This document shows positions 40,438 through 50,758 of a stretch of 64,000 nucleotides of DNA, one piece after another (position 1 is the stretch's first letter; every line of letters begins with the position of its first letter). The stretch spans positions 2,560,001 to 2,624,000 of the forward strand of contig CBDBBI010000010.1 in NCBI GenBank assembly GCA_965202625.1, written 5' to 3'. Position numbers and translations under genes: made by a program. Source of the DNA: a bacterium (GTDB taxonomy: Bacteria; UBA8248). Below the pieces are notes generated by a model. It did no database searches. It was given only the letters and a program-made list of their open reading frames with translations, and was not told the origin of the DNA.

Positions 40438-40464
40438 CTGGCACTCGTGCGAATTGAGTGCTAA
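40438..40464 (-). promoter_or_regulatory. CIRCE operator upstream of hrcA
   Basis: Minus strand TTAGCACTC-N9-GAGTGCCAG versus consensus TTAGCACTC-N9-GAGTGCTAA. Confidence 0.92.
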
Positions 40465-40471
40465 CTTGCAT

Positions 40472-40500
40472 AGGGTATGAGTGGGGCGAATACTTGTCAA
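40472..40500 (-). promoter_or_regulatory. sigma70-type promoter for hrcA
   Basis: Minus strand TTGACA-17 bp-TACCCT immediately upstream of CIRCE. Confidence 0.6.
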
Positions 40501-40639
40501 GTCCCTGGAGATGGGGAGAGGAGATGGTTTTCGGGCCCAGAGAACGCAGATCCCGAGGTGCTTGGCGCCGGAACGGATTGCAGATGCTGATCATTAGGGG
40601 ACGCTCATGTCGGGCGCGTGGACGAGAGGCTTTGGAGGA

Positions 40640-42799
40640 ATGATCGAGCGATGGAGCGGGCGGAGGACGCCGACGCGGGAGGGGAATGGCTCCACGCGCT
40701 CACGCATCGCCCAGTCGCGCCGGGCGAACCGCAAGTTCCAGTATTATACGATAGCCTGGACGTTCGTTTTGATCCTTATATTGGGTTTTCTCTCGTATCG
40801 AATCTACGTTGACGCCAAAGCAGAGATCGAGGAGAGGTTCAACCGCCAGCAGCTTCTTTACGTGGAGCAGGCTGGCGACCGAATCGCTTCCTTTCTGGAG
40901 GCACTCACAGCCTCTCTACGTTACAGCGCGGGTTTTCTGCGCACCATCGAACCCCATCACCCGGGCAGAATGGCGGCGATGGCGGGCTTGTATGAAAGGT
41001 TGGGCGGGAGATTTCGAGTGAGCGAGGTGGGCTACCTACAGGAGGGCGGTGAGCCAAGCACAGGCATGTCTGAAGAATATCTCGAAAAGTTGTCGCGCTG
41101 CGCCCGTCGGGAGGACGCCTGCCTCCTCATCGTTCGGAATGCGGCGGAAAGGGTCGTCTCCCTGTTCGCTGCGGCGCCCGTGGCGCCCGATAGGGACGGG
41201 CTAAAGCGCGATTGGCTCTACGCGCGGGTCTCCATGGCGGATCTGGCGCATTCCTTTGTTCGGCCCGCCCAATCGGGAAGCCGGGGCCGGGCGTGGCTCG
41301 TTGATGGCGGGGGGCGGATCATCCTCGCTCCGGACATCCCCCGGCTGGAGGGCATCAATCTTTCCGCTCTCGCGAGCGGGTTGGGGGATGAGCGGCTCGA
41401 AAGAATCGCCCAGCGGATGAGGAAAGAAGACGACGGGTTTGACTGGCACCTGGACCTCAGACCCGAACAGAAAAAGAAGGGCCGGCGATACATCACGGCG
41501 TTCAGCAACTTCTCGGCGGGAGAGGAGAAGTGGACTTTCGCTCTCACCGCGCCGTCTTCTGAGTTCGTCGGGCTGATCAGGCGCGGATTCCGAAAGGGTC
41601 TGCTCCTGACTGGTTTCGGTTTCATCGCTTTGATTCTGGCCGCCTTTTTGATACTCGATCGAGAGCGCAGACGCATACGCGCTGAAGATAGGATGCACTG
41701 GTCCGAGCAGGTCCTGCAGAGTAACAGGCGACTTGAGGCGCTGTTCGACGGCATCACGGACGCCATTTGCATTCTGGACAGGGATTTTCGCATTCGAACC
41801 CTCAACTGTTCGATGGCCCGGCTCTTCGGTCGCGAGATATCGGAGTTGCCGGATCAGAAATGGGAGGCGTCTCCACATACCAAGGTACCGGAGGCTTTCG
41901 TGGAGCGATCCTTGGTCAGCGATACGCTGGAGACCGGCGAGCCAGGCTTTCTCGAAAAATCAGTTTCCGGGTCCAATGGGAGACGAATGGATATGGAATA
42001 TTATACTTATCCAATTCTTGACGCTTCCGGTTCGACGCGGCAAGCCGTTTTGTATTTGAAGGACGTGACCGAGCGCAAGGCGCTTGAGAAGGAGGTTCTC
42101 CGACGTGACAGGCTCTCGATCGTCGGCAAGATGAGTGCCCAAGTAGCGCACGCGATACGCAATCCGCTTTCTGCCATCAACCTGAACGCGGAATTGCTCG
42201 GGGACGAGTTGTCACAATTCAAAGGGGTGGACGCCTCGGAGGCGTGGGCGCTGCTCAAGTCCGTCAAGGCGGAGGTTGACGTTCTCAGCCAAGTGACGGC
42301 GGATTACCTTAAATTCGTGCGGATGCCGTGTCAGGAGAGAACTCCGGTCGATTGCAACGAAATGATCGAGGATTTACTGCGCTTCCACGCTGAGGTGGCG
42401 GCGGGCCGAAAAATTCGGATCGAGAAGGAACTGGAGGAGGGCGTCCCCGAGGTCGTCCTGGACGAGGCGCAGATGCGCGTGGCGATTCAGAACCTGATCC
42501 TCAACGGGTTTGACGCGATGCCTGATGGTGGTCGTCTTCTAGTGAGGACCGAATCGGCAAATCAGCGTCTCGCCATCCAGATATCGGACAGCGGCACTGG
42601 AATCAGCGTAAAGAACCAGGCCTCTTTGTTCACGCCGTTTTTCACGACGAAGGCCAATGGCACCGGTCTCGGCCTTGTGCTGAGCCAACAGATCATCACA
42701 GAGCACGAAGGAACTATCCGCTTCGAGAGTGAAGAGGGGGGGGGCGCCGTTTTCATCGTTGAATTGCCGATCTCTGCCGCCCAGGGGACTAGAGCGTGA
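40640..42799 (+). CDS. membrane sensor histidine kinase (Cache-like periplasmic, PAS, HisKA, HATPase)
   Basis: Two TM segments; AHAIRNPL H-box; NLILNG, DSGTGI, FTPFFTTK, GTGLGL. Confidence 0.92.
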   Translation: MIERWSGRRTPTREGNGSTRSRIAQSRRANRKFQYYTIAWTFVLILILGFLSYRIYVDAKAEIEERFNRQQLLYVEQAGDRIASFLEALTASLRYSAGFLRTIEPHHPGRMAAMAGLYERLGGRFRVSEVGYLQEGGEPSTGMSEEYLEKLSRCARREDACLLIVRNAAERVVSLFAAAPVAPDRDGLKRDWLYARVSMADLAHSFVRPAQSGSRGRAWLVDGGGRIILAPDIPRLEGINLSALASGLGDERLERIAQRMRKEDDGFDWHLDLRPEQKKKGRRYITAFSNFSAGEEKWTFALTAPSSEFVGLIRRGFRKGLLLTGFGFIALILAAFLILDRERRRIRAEDRMHWSEQVLQSNRRLEALFDGITDAICILDRDFRIRTLNCSMARLFGREISELPDQKWEASPHTKVPEAFVERSLVSDTLETGEPGFLEKSVSGSNGRRMDMEYYTYPILDASGSTRQAVLYLKDVTERKALEKEVLRRDRLSIVGKMSAQVAHAIRNPLSAINLNAELLGDELSQFKGVDASEAWALLKSVKAEVDVLSQVTADYLKFVRMPCQERTPVDCNEMIEDLLRFHAEVAAGRKIRIEKELEEGVPEVVLDEAQMRVAIQNLILNGFDAMPDGGRLLVRTESANQRLAIQISDSGTGISVKNQASLFTPFFTTKANGTGLGLVLSQQIITEHEGTIRFESEEGGGAVFIVELPISAAQGTRA

Positions 42800-44175
42800 G
42801 CGGTGCGGATGGCGCGCGCGTCTTGGTGGTGGACGATAAGCGCGGCAGTCGGGAAGCCCTCCTGAAGATGATTGCCAAGGAGGGATTCGACGTCGCCATG
42901 GCCCATGACGCAGAAATCGCCGCCGAGATGTTCGCGGCAGAGCCGGCGAATCTTGTGATCACTGACCTCCGGATGCCCGGCATGGACGGCATCGGCTTGC
43001 TAAAGGAGATCAAGCGCGTTAGCCCGGACACGGAGGTGATTCTGATCTCTGGTGCCGGAAGCATCGAGTCAGCCGTCGAGGCGATGCGCGAAGGAGCGTA
43101 TGACTTTCTCACCAAGCCTCTGGAGCGTGTGGTCGTCCTCAAGGCGATAGACAAGGCCTTCGAAAAACAGGCGCTCAAGCGTGAGAACGCGGACCTGAGG
43201 GCGCAGCTGCAACGTCTCAAGGACGCTTCGGGCATGATGGGGAACCATCCCTCGATTCGCCGGGTGAAGGAGATGGTGCGCCAGGTAGCGCCCACGTCCG
43301 CCACGGTGCTCATTTTGGGCGAAAGCGGAACGGGCAAGGAACTGGTGGCGAGCGCCCTGCACGAGACGAGCGAAAGAGCGGCCAAGGCCATGGTGAAAGT
43401 TAACTGCGCCGCCCTTCCCGATACCCTTCTGGAGAGCGAGCTGTTTGGATACGAGCGCGGAGCGTTCACCGGCGCGACTGGCCGAAAGGAGGGCCGCTTC
43501 AAACTTGCGGACGAGGGTACGCTCTTTCTTGATGAGATCGGGGACATGCCCCTCCCCCTTCAGCCTAAAATTCTTCGTGTCCTCCAGGAGGGCGAGTTCG
43601 AGCGCGTCGGCGGAACGGAGACGCTGAAGGCGGATGTGCGAATCGTGGCTTCGACCAACGCCGACCTGCAAACTGCCGTGGCCGAGAGGAGGTTTCGGGA
43701 GGACCTTTACTATCGCCTGAACGTGATCACCATCCATCTCCCCCCACTGCGGGATCGTCGCAGCGACGTCCCCCTGCTCGCCGAACATTTCCTCCAGCGT
43801 TACGCGGCGAAGAATAATCGCCCCGTTCTCGCGTTCTCGCGCGAGGCGCTCGATGCGATGTCGAACTATGGTTGGCCGGGAAACGTACGCGAACTCGAAA
43901 ACGCCGTCGAACGCGCCGTGGTGTTGAGCCAGGGGGAAATTCTGTCGGTTGACGACCTCCCGGCGCGCGTTGCCCAGGATGGGCGTTTGGGAGAGGAGTA
44001 TCGAATGGCGTCGGACGCGCCAATCATCAACTTGGCGGTGGGTGCTTCACTCGCCGACGTGGAGCGGCAGGTGATTCTGGAGACCCTCCGATACACGGGT
44101 GGGGACAAAAGCGCCGCCGCCCGCCTCTTGGGAATCGCCACGCGCACTATTTACCGCAAGCTGGGCGGGGGGTGA
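42796..44175 (+). CDS. sigma54-dependent NtrC-family response regulator
   Basis: VVDD, TDLRMP, GESGTGKE, GAFTGA, LFLDEIG, WPGNVREL, C-terminal Fis HTH. Confidence 0.95.
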   Translation: MSGADGARVLVVDDKRGSREALLKMIAKEGFDVAMAHDAEIAAEMFAAEPANLVITDLRMPGMDGIGLLKEIKRVSPDTEVILISGAGSIESAVEAMREGAYDFLTKPLERVVVLKAIDKAFEKQALKRENADLRAQLQRLKDASGMMGNHPSIRRVKEMVRQVAPTSATVLILGESGTGKELVASALHETSERAAKAMVKVNCAALPDTLLESELFGYERGAFTGATGRKEGRFKLADEGTLFLDEIGDMPLPLQPKILRVLQEGEFERVGGTETLKADVRIVASTNADLQTAVAERRFREDLYYRLNVITIHLPPLRDRRSDVPLLAEHFLQRYAAKNNRPVLAFSREALDAMSNYGWPGNVRELENAVERAVVLSQGEILSVDDLPARVAQDGRLGEEYRMASDAPIINLAVGASLADVERQVILETLRYTGGDKSAAARLLGIATRTIYRKLGGG

Positions 44176-44243
44176 TCTCCGCCTGCTTCATGTGTAGATT
44201 GTGGTAAGCTGCGTACGGAGACGCTTTCGTGGGGGTTTCGCCG

Positions 44244-44897
44244 ATGCGAGGTTGCTTCATCACGTTCGAAGGGGTGGAGGGTTGTGGAAAATCCACCCAG
44301 ATGGCGCGTCTGCGGGCGTGGATGGAGGAAGCGGGCCTTCCCGTCCTCGCCACGCGAGAGCCCGGGGGGACGCGGATAGGAGAGGGAATTCGGAGCCTGC
44401 TCCTCGCTCCGCGTGATGAGGTAATTGAGGCGGAGACGGAACTTCTGCTCTATGAGGCGGACAGGGCACAGCACGCAAGGGAGGTAATTCGGCCGGCGCT
44501 TTCGGCGGGACGCCATGTCCTTTGCGACAGGTTTTTTGACTCCACGACGGCCTACCAGGCGTATGGGCGAGGCTTGGATGCGCGGATGGTGCGGGAGTTG
44601 AACCAGCTGGCGAGCGGGGGGATCGTCCCCGACCTGACCCTGCTATTCTCTGTGTCGTTGAAGGAGGGCCTCGGGCGGGCGCGGAGGGGAGGCGCGGGGG
44701 ATCGGCTAGAGGACGAGAGCCTGGCATTTCACCGAAGAGTAGAGGCCGGCTTCGCCGCGCTCGCCGAACGGGAGCCGAAACGTTTTCGCGTGTTGGGCGA
44801 GGGTAAGGCACACGGAGTGCATGAGGAAGTCATAGCCATCTTGAAGGATAGGTTTGAATGGGTTGGAAATCCATCCGCGGCCAGAACGCGGCCTTAA
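44244..44897 (+). CDS. tmk: thymidylate kinase
   Basis: FEGVEGCGKSTQ, TREPGG, CDRF..ST.AYQ. Confidence 0.95.
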   Translation: MRGCFITFEGVEGCGKSTQMARLRAWMEEAGLPVLATREPGGTRIGEGIRSLLLAPRDEVIEAETELLLYEADRAQHAREVIRPALSAGRHVLCDRFFDSTTAYQAYGRGLDARMVRELNQLASGGIVPDLTLLFSVSLKEGLGRARRGGAGDRLEDESLAFHRRVEAGFAALAEREPKRFRVLGEGKAHGVHEEVIAILKDRFEWVGNPSAARTRP

Positions 44898-45883
44898 GTC
44901 TGTTGCGAAGGGATGTCTCGTCCGGACGAGTGGCGGGCGCCTACCTTTTTCATGGCCCCGATGGGGTCGGTAAGGCGAGCGCGGCGCGTCTTTTCGCCCA
45001 GGCCCTACAATGCGGGGGGGGTGCCCCGCCCTGTGGGGATTGCCGTGCTTGCGAGAAGGTGGGCGCGAACGCGCATCCGGACGTTATCACCATCGGCCCG
45101 GCTGCGGAGTCGCGCTCCATCAAAGCGGAACTCGTCCGGGAGGAGGTGATATGGCGCGCCCACCAGCGTCCGCATGAGGGGATGCGACAGATTTTCATCG
45201 TCGAGGACGCGCACTTGCTGACGCGCGTGAGCCAAAACGCACTGCTCAAGACATTGGAGGAGCCGAGCACCGGGACGGTACTGATTCTCGTAACCCCCAA
45301 CTTCCATACGCTGTTGCCGACCGTCGTCTCGCGGTGTAGGAGGCTCAGGTTCCAGTCTCTCTCTCGCGCGGACCTGGTCGCTATCCTTGAGGAGCGGCGC
45401 GGGGGAGACACCGAGGATGCGGACAGGCTCGTCTCCCTTAGTATGGGAAGGTTGGGAGTTGCCATGTCTGCGGACGCCGGAATCCTCTCGGAGCGCAGAA
45501 ACGCGGCCATGGGGTTTCTTGAGGAGTTGAGCGCGCCTATGGCCCAGGCGGACGAAGCGGCCCTCATCACGCTTGCCTCCGAACGAGCGGGGAGCGGGGC
45601 TTCGGGGAGAAACGAGACGATTCTCTTTTTGGAAATGCTTCAAGGGCTGCTTCGCGATATACTTATCACCCAAGAGGCACCCGGGACGCTCAAGTTGTGG
45701 CATACGGACGTTCAGGCGGTTCTGGCGGAAATGGGAGCGTGTTGGGGGGGCGTTGGCCTCACGAGGGCCCTTGAAAGAGTGGGCCAGGCGGTTCGAGACG
45801 TGGGAGTTGGAAACACGAACCCATCCCTCACGCTTGAGACGTTGGTGTATTCACTGCGGGAGACGGTTCCCGCCAGAGTTTGA
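44858..45883 (+). CDS. holB: DNA polymerase III subunit delta'
   Basis: AYLFHGPDGVGK, CGDCRAC, HPD, NALLKTLEEP, TVVSRC. Confidence 0.92.
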   Translation: MGWKSIRGQNAALSLLRRDVSSGRVAGAYLFHGPDGVGKASAARLFAQALQCGGGAPPCGDCRACEKVGANAHPDVITIGPAAESRSIKAELVREEVIWRAHQRPHEGMRQIFIVEDAHLLTRVSQNALLKTLEEPSTGTVLILVTPNFHTLLPTVVSRCRRLRFQSLSRADLVAILEERRGGDTEDADRLVSLSMGRLGVAMSADAGILSERRNAAMGFLEELSAPMAQADEAALITLASERAGSGASGRNETILFLEMLQGLLRDILITQEAPGTLKLWHTDVQAVLAEMGACWGGVGLTRALERVGQAVRDVGVGNTNPSLTLETLVYSLRETVPARV

Positions 45884-45893
45884 GGACGAGGAG

Positions 45894-46826
45894 ATGACCG
45901 AGGCACCAAGCAGCGGGGTGGCGACGCCGCCGCGAAAAATTCGGGTGGTGGGGGTAAAAACGCGCCTCGGCGCCCGCCCTATACCCCACACTTATGGAGA
46001 TTTGCGCCTGCGGGTGGGCGTGAGGATCATGCGCAAGACTACTGGCGGGGATATGGAGTTCGGTGAGGTGTCCGAGAATCCCCGAATGATGGATGCGCGC
46101 TACTATCCAAACCCTCTTCCGGAGGTCGTGCGGGTAGCCACCGAGGAGGATGAGAAAAAAGTGGCGCGCGCCGAGGAGAGCGAGAGAGGTGCCTATGATT
46201 TTTGCAGGACGAAGATCCAGGAATTGCGGCTGCCGATGCGCCTCATTCGGGTTCGGTACCTTCATTCCAACTCGAACAAGAAGGCGACGTTTTATTTTTC
46301 CGCCGATGGGCGCGTGGATTTCAGAAAGCTCGTGAGGGTGCTCTCCGAGCGGCTCGCCGTTCGCGTGGAGATGCGCCAGATCGGCGTTCGGGACGAGGCG
46401 GGGATGAAGGGTGGCTGCGGAGATTGTGGACGCACTTATTGCTGTAGCTCCTTTCTCAAGTCGTTCGACCCCGTTTCCGTTCGCATGGCGAAGGATCAGA
46501 ATTTGAGCCTGAATCCCGTCAAACTCTCTGGCGGTTGTGGAAGACTCAAGTGCTGCCTGCGCTTCGAGCATTCCCATTACGTGTCGGTGAAGAAGAAGCT
46601 TCCCATGTGCAAGAAGAAGGTCGGCGGCTGCAGTTGCGGCGCGACGGTCGTCCGCCAGGACCTTCTGCGCGAGGAGGTGACCCTTGCCCTGGAAACCGGA
46701 GATTTTATGACGGTGGGCGCAGATGATTTGACGCGCTTGCCCACCGGCCAGTATTCTCTGAAAAACGTGGTCGAGAAAGACGAGGCCGGCGGCGCGCGTT
46801 CCGGAGGAGCCGGCCCGATAAAATGA
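45894..46826 (+). CDS. ricT: PSP1 domain / RicT (YaaT) family protein
   Basis: FSADGRVDFR.LV, RQIGVRDE, CGR..CC, MAKDQ.LSLNP.KLSG.CGRLKCCL. Confidence 0.9.
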   Translation: MTEAPSSGVATPPRKIRVVGVKTRLGARPIPHTYGDLRLRVGVRIMRKTTGGDMEFGEVSENPRMMDARYYPNPLPEVVRVATEEDEKKVARAEESERGAYDFCRTKIQELRLPMRLIRVRYLHSNSNKKATFYFSADGRVDFRKLVRVLSERLAVRVEMRQIGVRDEAGMKGGCGDCGRTYCCSSFLKSFDPVSVRMAKDQNLSLNPVKLSGGCGRLKCCLRFEHSHYVSVKKKLPMCKKKVGGCSCGATVVRQDLLREEVTLALETGDFMTVGADDLTRLPTGQYSLKNVVEKDEAGGARSGGAGPIK

Positions 46827-48772
46827 GCAAAAAACCTTTCTACGTCTCCACACCTATTTATTACGTCAACGACAAGCCGCATTTGGGCCATGCTTATACG
46901 ACGGTGGCGTGCGACGCCAAGGCCCGCTTTCATAGGCTGAGGGGTGAGTCGATCCGGTTTTTGACCGGAACCGACGAGCACGGTCAGAAGCTCGAGCGCG
47001 CCGCGCGCGCAGCAGGCATGGACCCTCTCGCATTTTGTGACATGAACAGCGCGAAATTCCGCGAACTCTGGGAGAAACTCGACGTTTCCTATGACGATTA
47101 CATCCGCACGACCGAGGAGCGCCACGTTCTCGGTGTTCAGGAGCTTTGGCGGCGGGTGGAGGCGGCGGGCGACATCTACTTGGGCGTCTACGCCGGATGG
47201 TACGCCGTTCGAGACGAGGCGTTCTATGCGGAGGGCGAGTTGGTCGAAGCTCCTGGAGGCGCGAAGCTGGCGCCTACGGGGGCCGAGGTTGAATGGGTGG
47301 AGGAGCCGAGCTATTTTTTTCGACTCAGCAAGTTCAAGCGCCCACTGCTGGAGCATTACGAGAAAAATCCCCAGTTCATTCAGCCTGAGAGCCGAAGAAA
47401 CGAGGTGATGAGCTTCGTCCGGGGCGGTCTGAAGGACCTCTCCCTCTCGCGCACGAGCTTTCGTTGGGGAATCCCCGTGCCGGGGGACGAGAAGCACATA
47501 ATTTACGTGTGGTTCGACGCGCTGAGCAATTATCTCACCGCTCCGGGTTTTGATGAAAACGGGGTGCGGGAGGGAAGCCCCTGGCCGCCGGACCAGCATT
47601 TCATCGGAAAGGACATTCTGAGGTTTCACGCGGTATATTGGCCTGCTTTCCTGCTCTCCGCCGGAATTCCACTTCCCACGCAGGTTTATAGCCATGGATG
47701 GTGGACGGTCGAGGGACAGAAGATGTCGAAAAGTCTGGGCAACGCGGTCGACCCGCATTGGCTCATTGAGGAATACGGCGTTGACGCCATCCGCTATTTC
47801 CTGTTGCGGGAAGTACCCTTCGGCCTAGACGGCGACTTCTCGCACGACGCCCTGATCGACCGAATCAACAGCGATCTGGCGAATGACCTCGGAAACCTGC
47901 TATATCGAACCCTGAACATGGTGAAGCGCTACAGGAATGGTCGTCTGCGCCGTTGCGAATCCTGCGAGTCCAGGGAGGAGGACGCGTTTTGCGACTTCGT
48001 CGCCGAGGCGGCGTCGAAATATCAGAGCGCCATGTTGGCGACCCGCTTTCAGAATGGACTGAGAGCCGCCTGGGAGGTGATTTCTCGCACCAACAAATAT
48101 ATCGACGCGAACGCCCCCTGGGCGCTTGCGAAACAAAAGAACGAGGCCCGCCTGGACGCGGTGCTCTGGCACGCGGCGGCGGCGATTCGCGTCGTGGCGG
48201 TGATGATATCTCCCGTCATGCCCGCATCCGCCCGAGAGATGGCGGCGCAGCTCGGCCTCGCCGCCGACTGGACGCGCGCGCCTTTCTCGGAGTTGCTGGA
48301 TGCCCGCGCTCTGCCGCGCGAGTTGCGCGCCAGGCTTGGGCGTCCGCTGTTTCCGCGCATCGAGGATGAGGCGAAGGCGTCCATCAAGGAGAAGGTGGCC
48401 AGACGCATCGCCGGAGGGGAGGAGCCTGCGTTCGAAGAGGATGAGAGGGTGCAAATATCGCTTGCGGAATTTCAAAGGATAGATTTACGCGCGGCCCAGA
48501 TCGTAGAGGCGGAGCGCATCGCTGGGTCGAAGAACCTTCTAAAGCTCACGGTCTCCCTCGGGGAGGAAACCCGCACCGTCGTGGCCGGCCTAGCGAAACA
48601 TTACGCGCTCGATGCGCTACCGGGCCGAAAGGTGATACTCGTGGCTAACCTCAAGCCCGCCAAACTGATGGGGGTGGAGTCGAAGGGCATGGTGCTCGCC
48701 GTCTCGGCGGGCGAGAAACTCTTGCTCCTCGGCGTGGACGAGCGCGCCGCACCGGGCGCGGCGATAGAGTAG
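46823..48772 (+). CDS. metG: methionine--tRNA ligase
   Basis: TPIYYVN..PHLGH, GTDEHG, YVWFDAL, KMSKS, C-terminal tRNA-binding OB domain. Confidence 0.97.
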   Translation: MSKKPFYVSTPIYYVNDKPHLGHAYTTVACDAKARFHRLRGESIRFLTGTDEHGQKLERAARAAGMDPLAFCDMNSAKFRELWEKLDVSYDDYIRTTEERHVLGVQELWRRVEAAGDIYLGVYAGWYAVRDEAFYAEGELVEAPGGAKLAPTGAEVEWVEEPSYFFRLSKFKRPLLEHYEKNPQFIQPESRRNEVMSFVRGGLKDLSLSRTSFRWGIPVPGDEKHIIYVWFDALSNYLTAPGFDENGVREGSPWPPDQHFIGKDILRFHAVYWPAFLLSAGIPLPTQVYSHGWWTVEGQKMSKSLGNAVDPHWLIEEYGVDAIRYFLLREVPFGLDGDFSHDALIDRINSDLANDLGNLLYRTLNMVKRYRNGRLRRCESCESREEDAFCDFVAEAASKYQSAMLATRFQNGLRAAWEVISRTNKYIDANAPWALAKQKNEARLDAVLWHAAAAIRVVAVMISPVMPASAREMAAQLGLAADWTRAPFSELLDARALPRELRARLGRPLFPRIEDEAKASIKEKVARRIAGGEEPAFEEDERVQISLAEFQRIDLRAAQIVEAERIAGSKNLLKLTVSLGEETRTVVAGLAKHYALDALPGRKVILVANLKPAKLMGVESKGMVLAVSAGEKLLLLGVDERAAPGAAIE

Positions 48773-48812
48773 GGGATGGGCGCGTCTTGGAGAGGGGATA
48801 GGAGTTCGTGGA

Positions 48813-50513
48813 GTGAGTGAATCGCCGGGATCCGGGCCTGGTCCATCGGATTCGGAAGAATCCCGCTCGCGGCCGGAAAGGTCGGGACGCCCCAATCGCC
48901 GTCGGCGCAGGCGGGGCCGAAGGGGGGGGAGTCGTCCTGAATCGGTCCCTCGGCCGGATGTATCCGCGGGCGCGGGCGTGCCCTTGGCGCGCGAGGGAAA
49001 CGTTAGGGCGAGGGGCACGGACGTCCGGCGTCGGCATCCTGGCCGTAGGAGGGGAGGCCGACGGCGAGCGGAGGGCGGAGGAAGCCCAAGGCCGCAAACT
49101 ATCATTGCCGCGCTTCCCGACACGAACGGGCTGCCCGTTCTGGTGGACACCCACGCCCATCTCATCGACAAGGCCTTCGCGCGGGACCGCCAAGGGGTGG
49201 TGGAGCGCGCCATCGAGGAGAGGGTGCACTACGTCATCTCGATGGGTACCTGCCTAGAGTCGAGCAAGAAAACCCTGGCGCTCGCCGCCTCCTACGCAGG
49301 CGTCTATGCGGCTGTCGGCGTTCATCCGAGCGACGTGGCGGGGGTGGGCGAGAGAACCATCAAGGGCGTCGCCAGACTCCTCGAGAACCCAAAGGCGGTC
49401 GGGGTCGGCGAGATTGGCCTTGACTACTATCGAGACGGCGCGCCTCGCAAGGTTCAGCAAAGGTGGTTTCGCGCGCAAGTCCGGCTCGCCGTTGAGACGG
49501 GCAAGCCCATCGTGGCGCATTGCCGGGACGCGGCCGAAGACGTCTACGCGATTCTGCAGGAGGAAAAGGCGTGGCGCGCGGGCGGGGTCATTCATTGCTT
49601 CACAGGAGATGACGAGCAGGCGCGAAAATTTCTGGACATTGACTTTCACTTAGGCGCGGGGGGCGCCATCACGTTCTCGCGAGCCGAGGCGCTCAGAGAT
49701 GTTTTTGAGCGTGTGCCGATAGAGCGCGTCCTTCTCGAGACGGACAGCCCGTATCTGACGCCTCCGCCCCACCGGGGCAAGCGAAACGAGCCCGCCTACC
49801 TCGCTCGGGTGGCGGACGCCTTCGCCGAGATTCACGGGGTATCGGCTGAGGAGGCGGCGCGCATCACCACGGAAAACGCTCGCCGCCTGTTCCGTATGGG
49901 GCCCGGGCGCGAGGAGGGGAGCGTCGCCTACCCGCTCGGACGCTCTCTGTATCTGAACGTCACGAACCGTTGCCAGAATGCGTGCTTCTATTGCGGTCTT
50001 TTGAGCGATCGCGTCTATAAGGGCCACAATTTAACCCTAGAGCGCGAGCCCGACGCGGCGGAGGTGCTCGCCGCCGCCGGCGACCCCTCGCGTTTCGAGG
50101 AGGTCGTATTCAGCGGATTCGGGGAGCCGACCTTGCGGTTCGACCTCCTCAAGGAGGTGGCCGGCGAATTGAGGCGACGCGGCGCGAAGCGAATACGCCT
50201 GGCGACGAACGGGCTGGCGAACAAGACGCACGGCAGAAACGTCCTGCCCGAGCTCCAGGGGCTGGTGGACGCGATATCGATCAGCATTCAGGCGGGCGAC
50301 CCTGAGGCGTACGTGAAAATCTGCAAGACGAAGGATATGGAGGAGCCCTACGCGCATGTGAGGGAGTTCGTGCGCTGGGCGAAGAACTATATTCCCGAGG
50401 TGGAGGCGACGGCCGTACGCATGTCGGGCCTGGTCGATATCGAGGCGTGCGAGAGGGCGGCTAAGGAGCTGGATGTGCCCTTCCGCGCCCACGATTATGT
50501 GCCGATGGATTAG
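48813..50513 (+). CDS. TatD family nuclease fused to TatD-associated radical SAM domain, with Arg/Gly-rich N-terminal extension
   Basis: DTHAH, GVHP, GEIGLDY, HCF, ETDSPYL; then LYLNVTNRCQNACFYC, FSGFGEPT, TNG. Confidence 0.9.
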   Translation: MSESPGSGPGPSDSEESRSRPERSGRPNRRRRRRGRRGGSRPESVPRPDVSAGAGVPLAREGNVRARGTDVRRRHPGRRRGGRRRAEGGGSPRPQTIIAALPDTNGLPVLVDTHAHLIDKAFARDRQGVVERAIEERVHYVISMGTCLESSKKTLALAASYAGVYAAVGVHPSDVAGVGERTIKGVARLLENPKAVGVGEIGLDYYRDGAPRKVQQRWFRAQVRLAVETGKPIVAHCRDAAEDVYAILQEEKAWRAGGVIHCFTGDDEQARKFLDIDFHLGAGGAITFSRAEALRDVFERVPIERVLLETDSPYLTPPPHRGKRNEPAYLARVADAFAEIHGVSAEEAARITTENARRLFRMGPGREEGSVAYPLGRSLYLNVTNRCQNACFYCGLLSDRVYKGHNLTLEREPDAAEVLAAAGDPSRFEEVVFSGFGEPTLRFDLLKEVAGELRRRGAKRIRLATNGLANKTHGRNVLPELQGLVDAISISIQAGDPEAYVKICKTKDMEEPYAHVREFVRWAKNYIPEVEATAVRMSGLVDIEACERAAKELDVPFRAHDYVPMD

Positions 50514-50758
50514 GGGACCGCAAGGGCAATGCGCCATGCCGTTCAAGGAGCGCGTATAGAGGTTTTCCGTGGATGACATCCCCCGAAACTAGGCGCGCGG
50601 AAGCAAATGCGCGATTTACGCTACAATGCTCCCGCGAATAACAAAGGGAGTCGTATAGGAAAATTGAGAAAAGTCATCGTCATGGAAGCGATTGTGGACT
50701 TTATGAGAAAGTATGTGGGGATGAAAGCGCCCTGCGCGCGATTCAAGGGAGACGCCTC

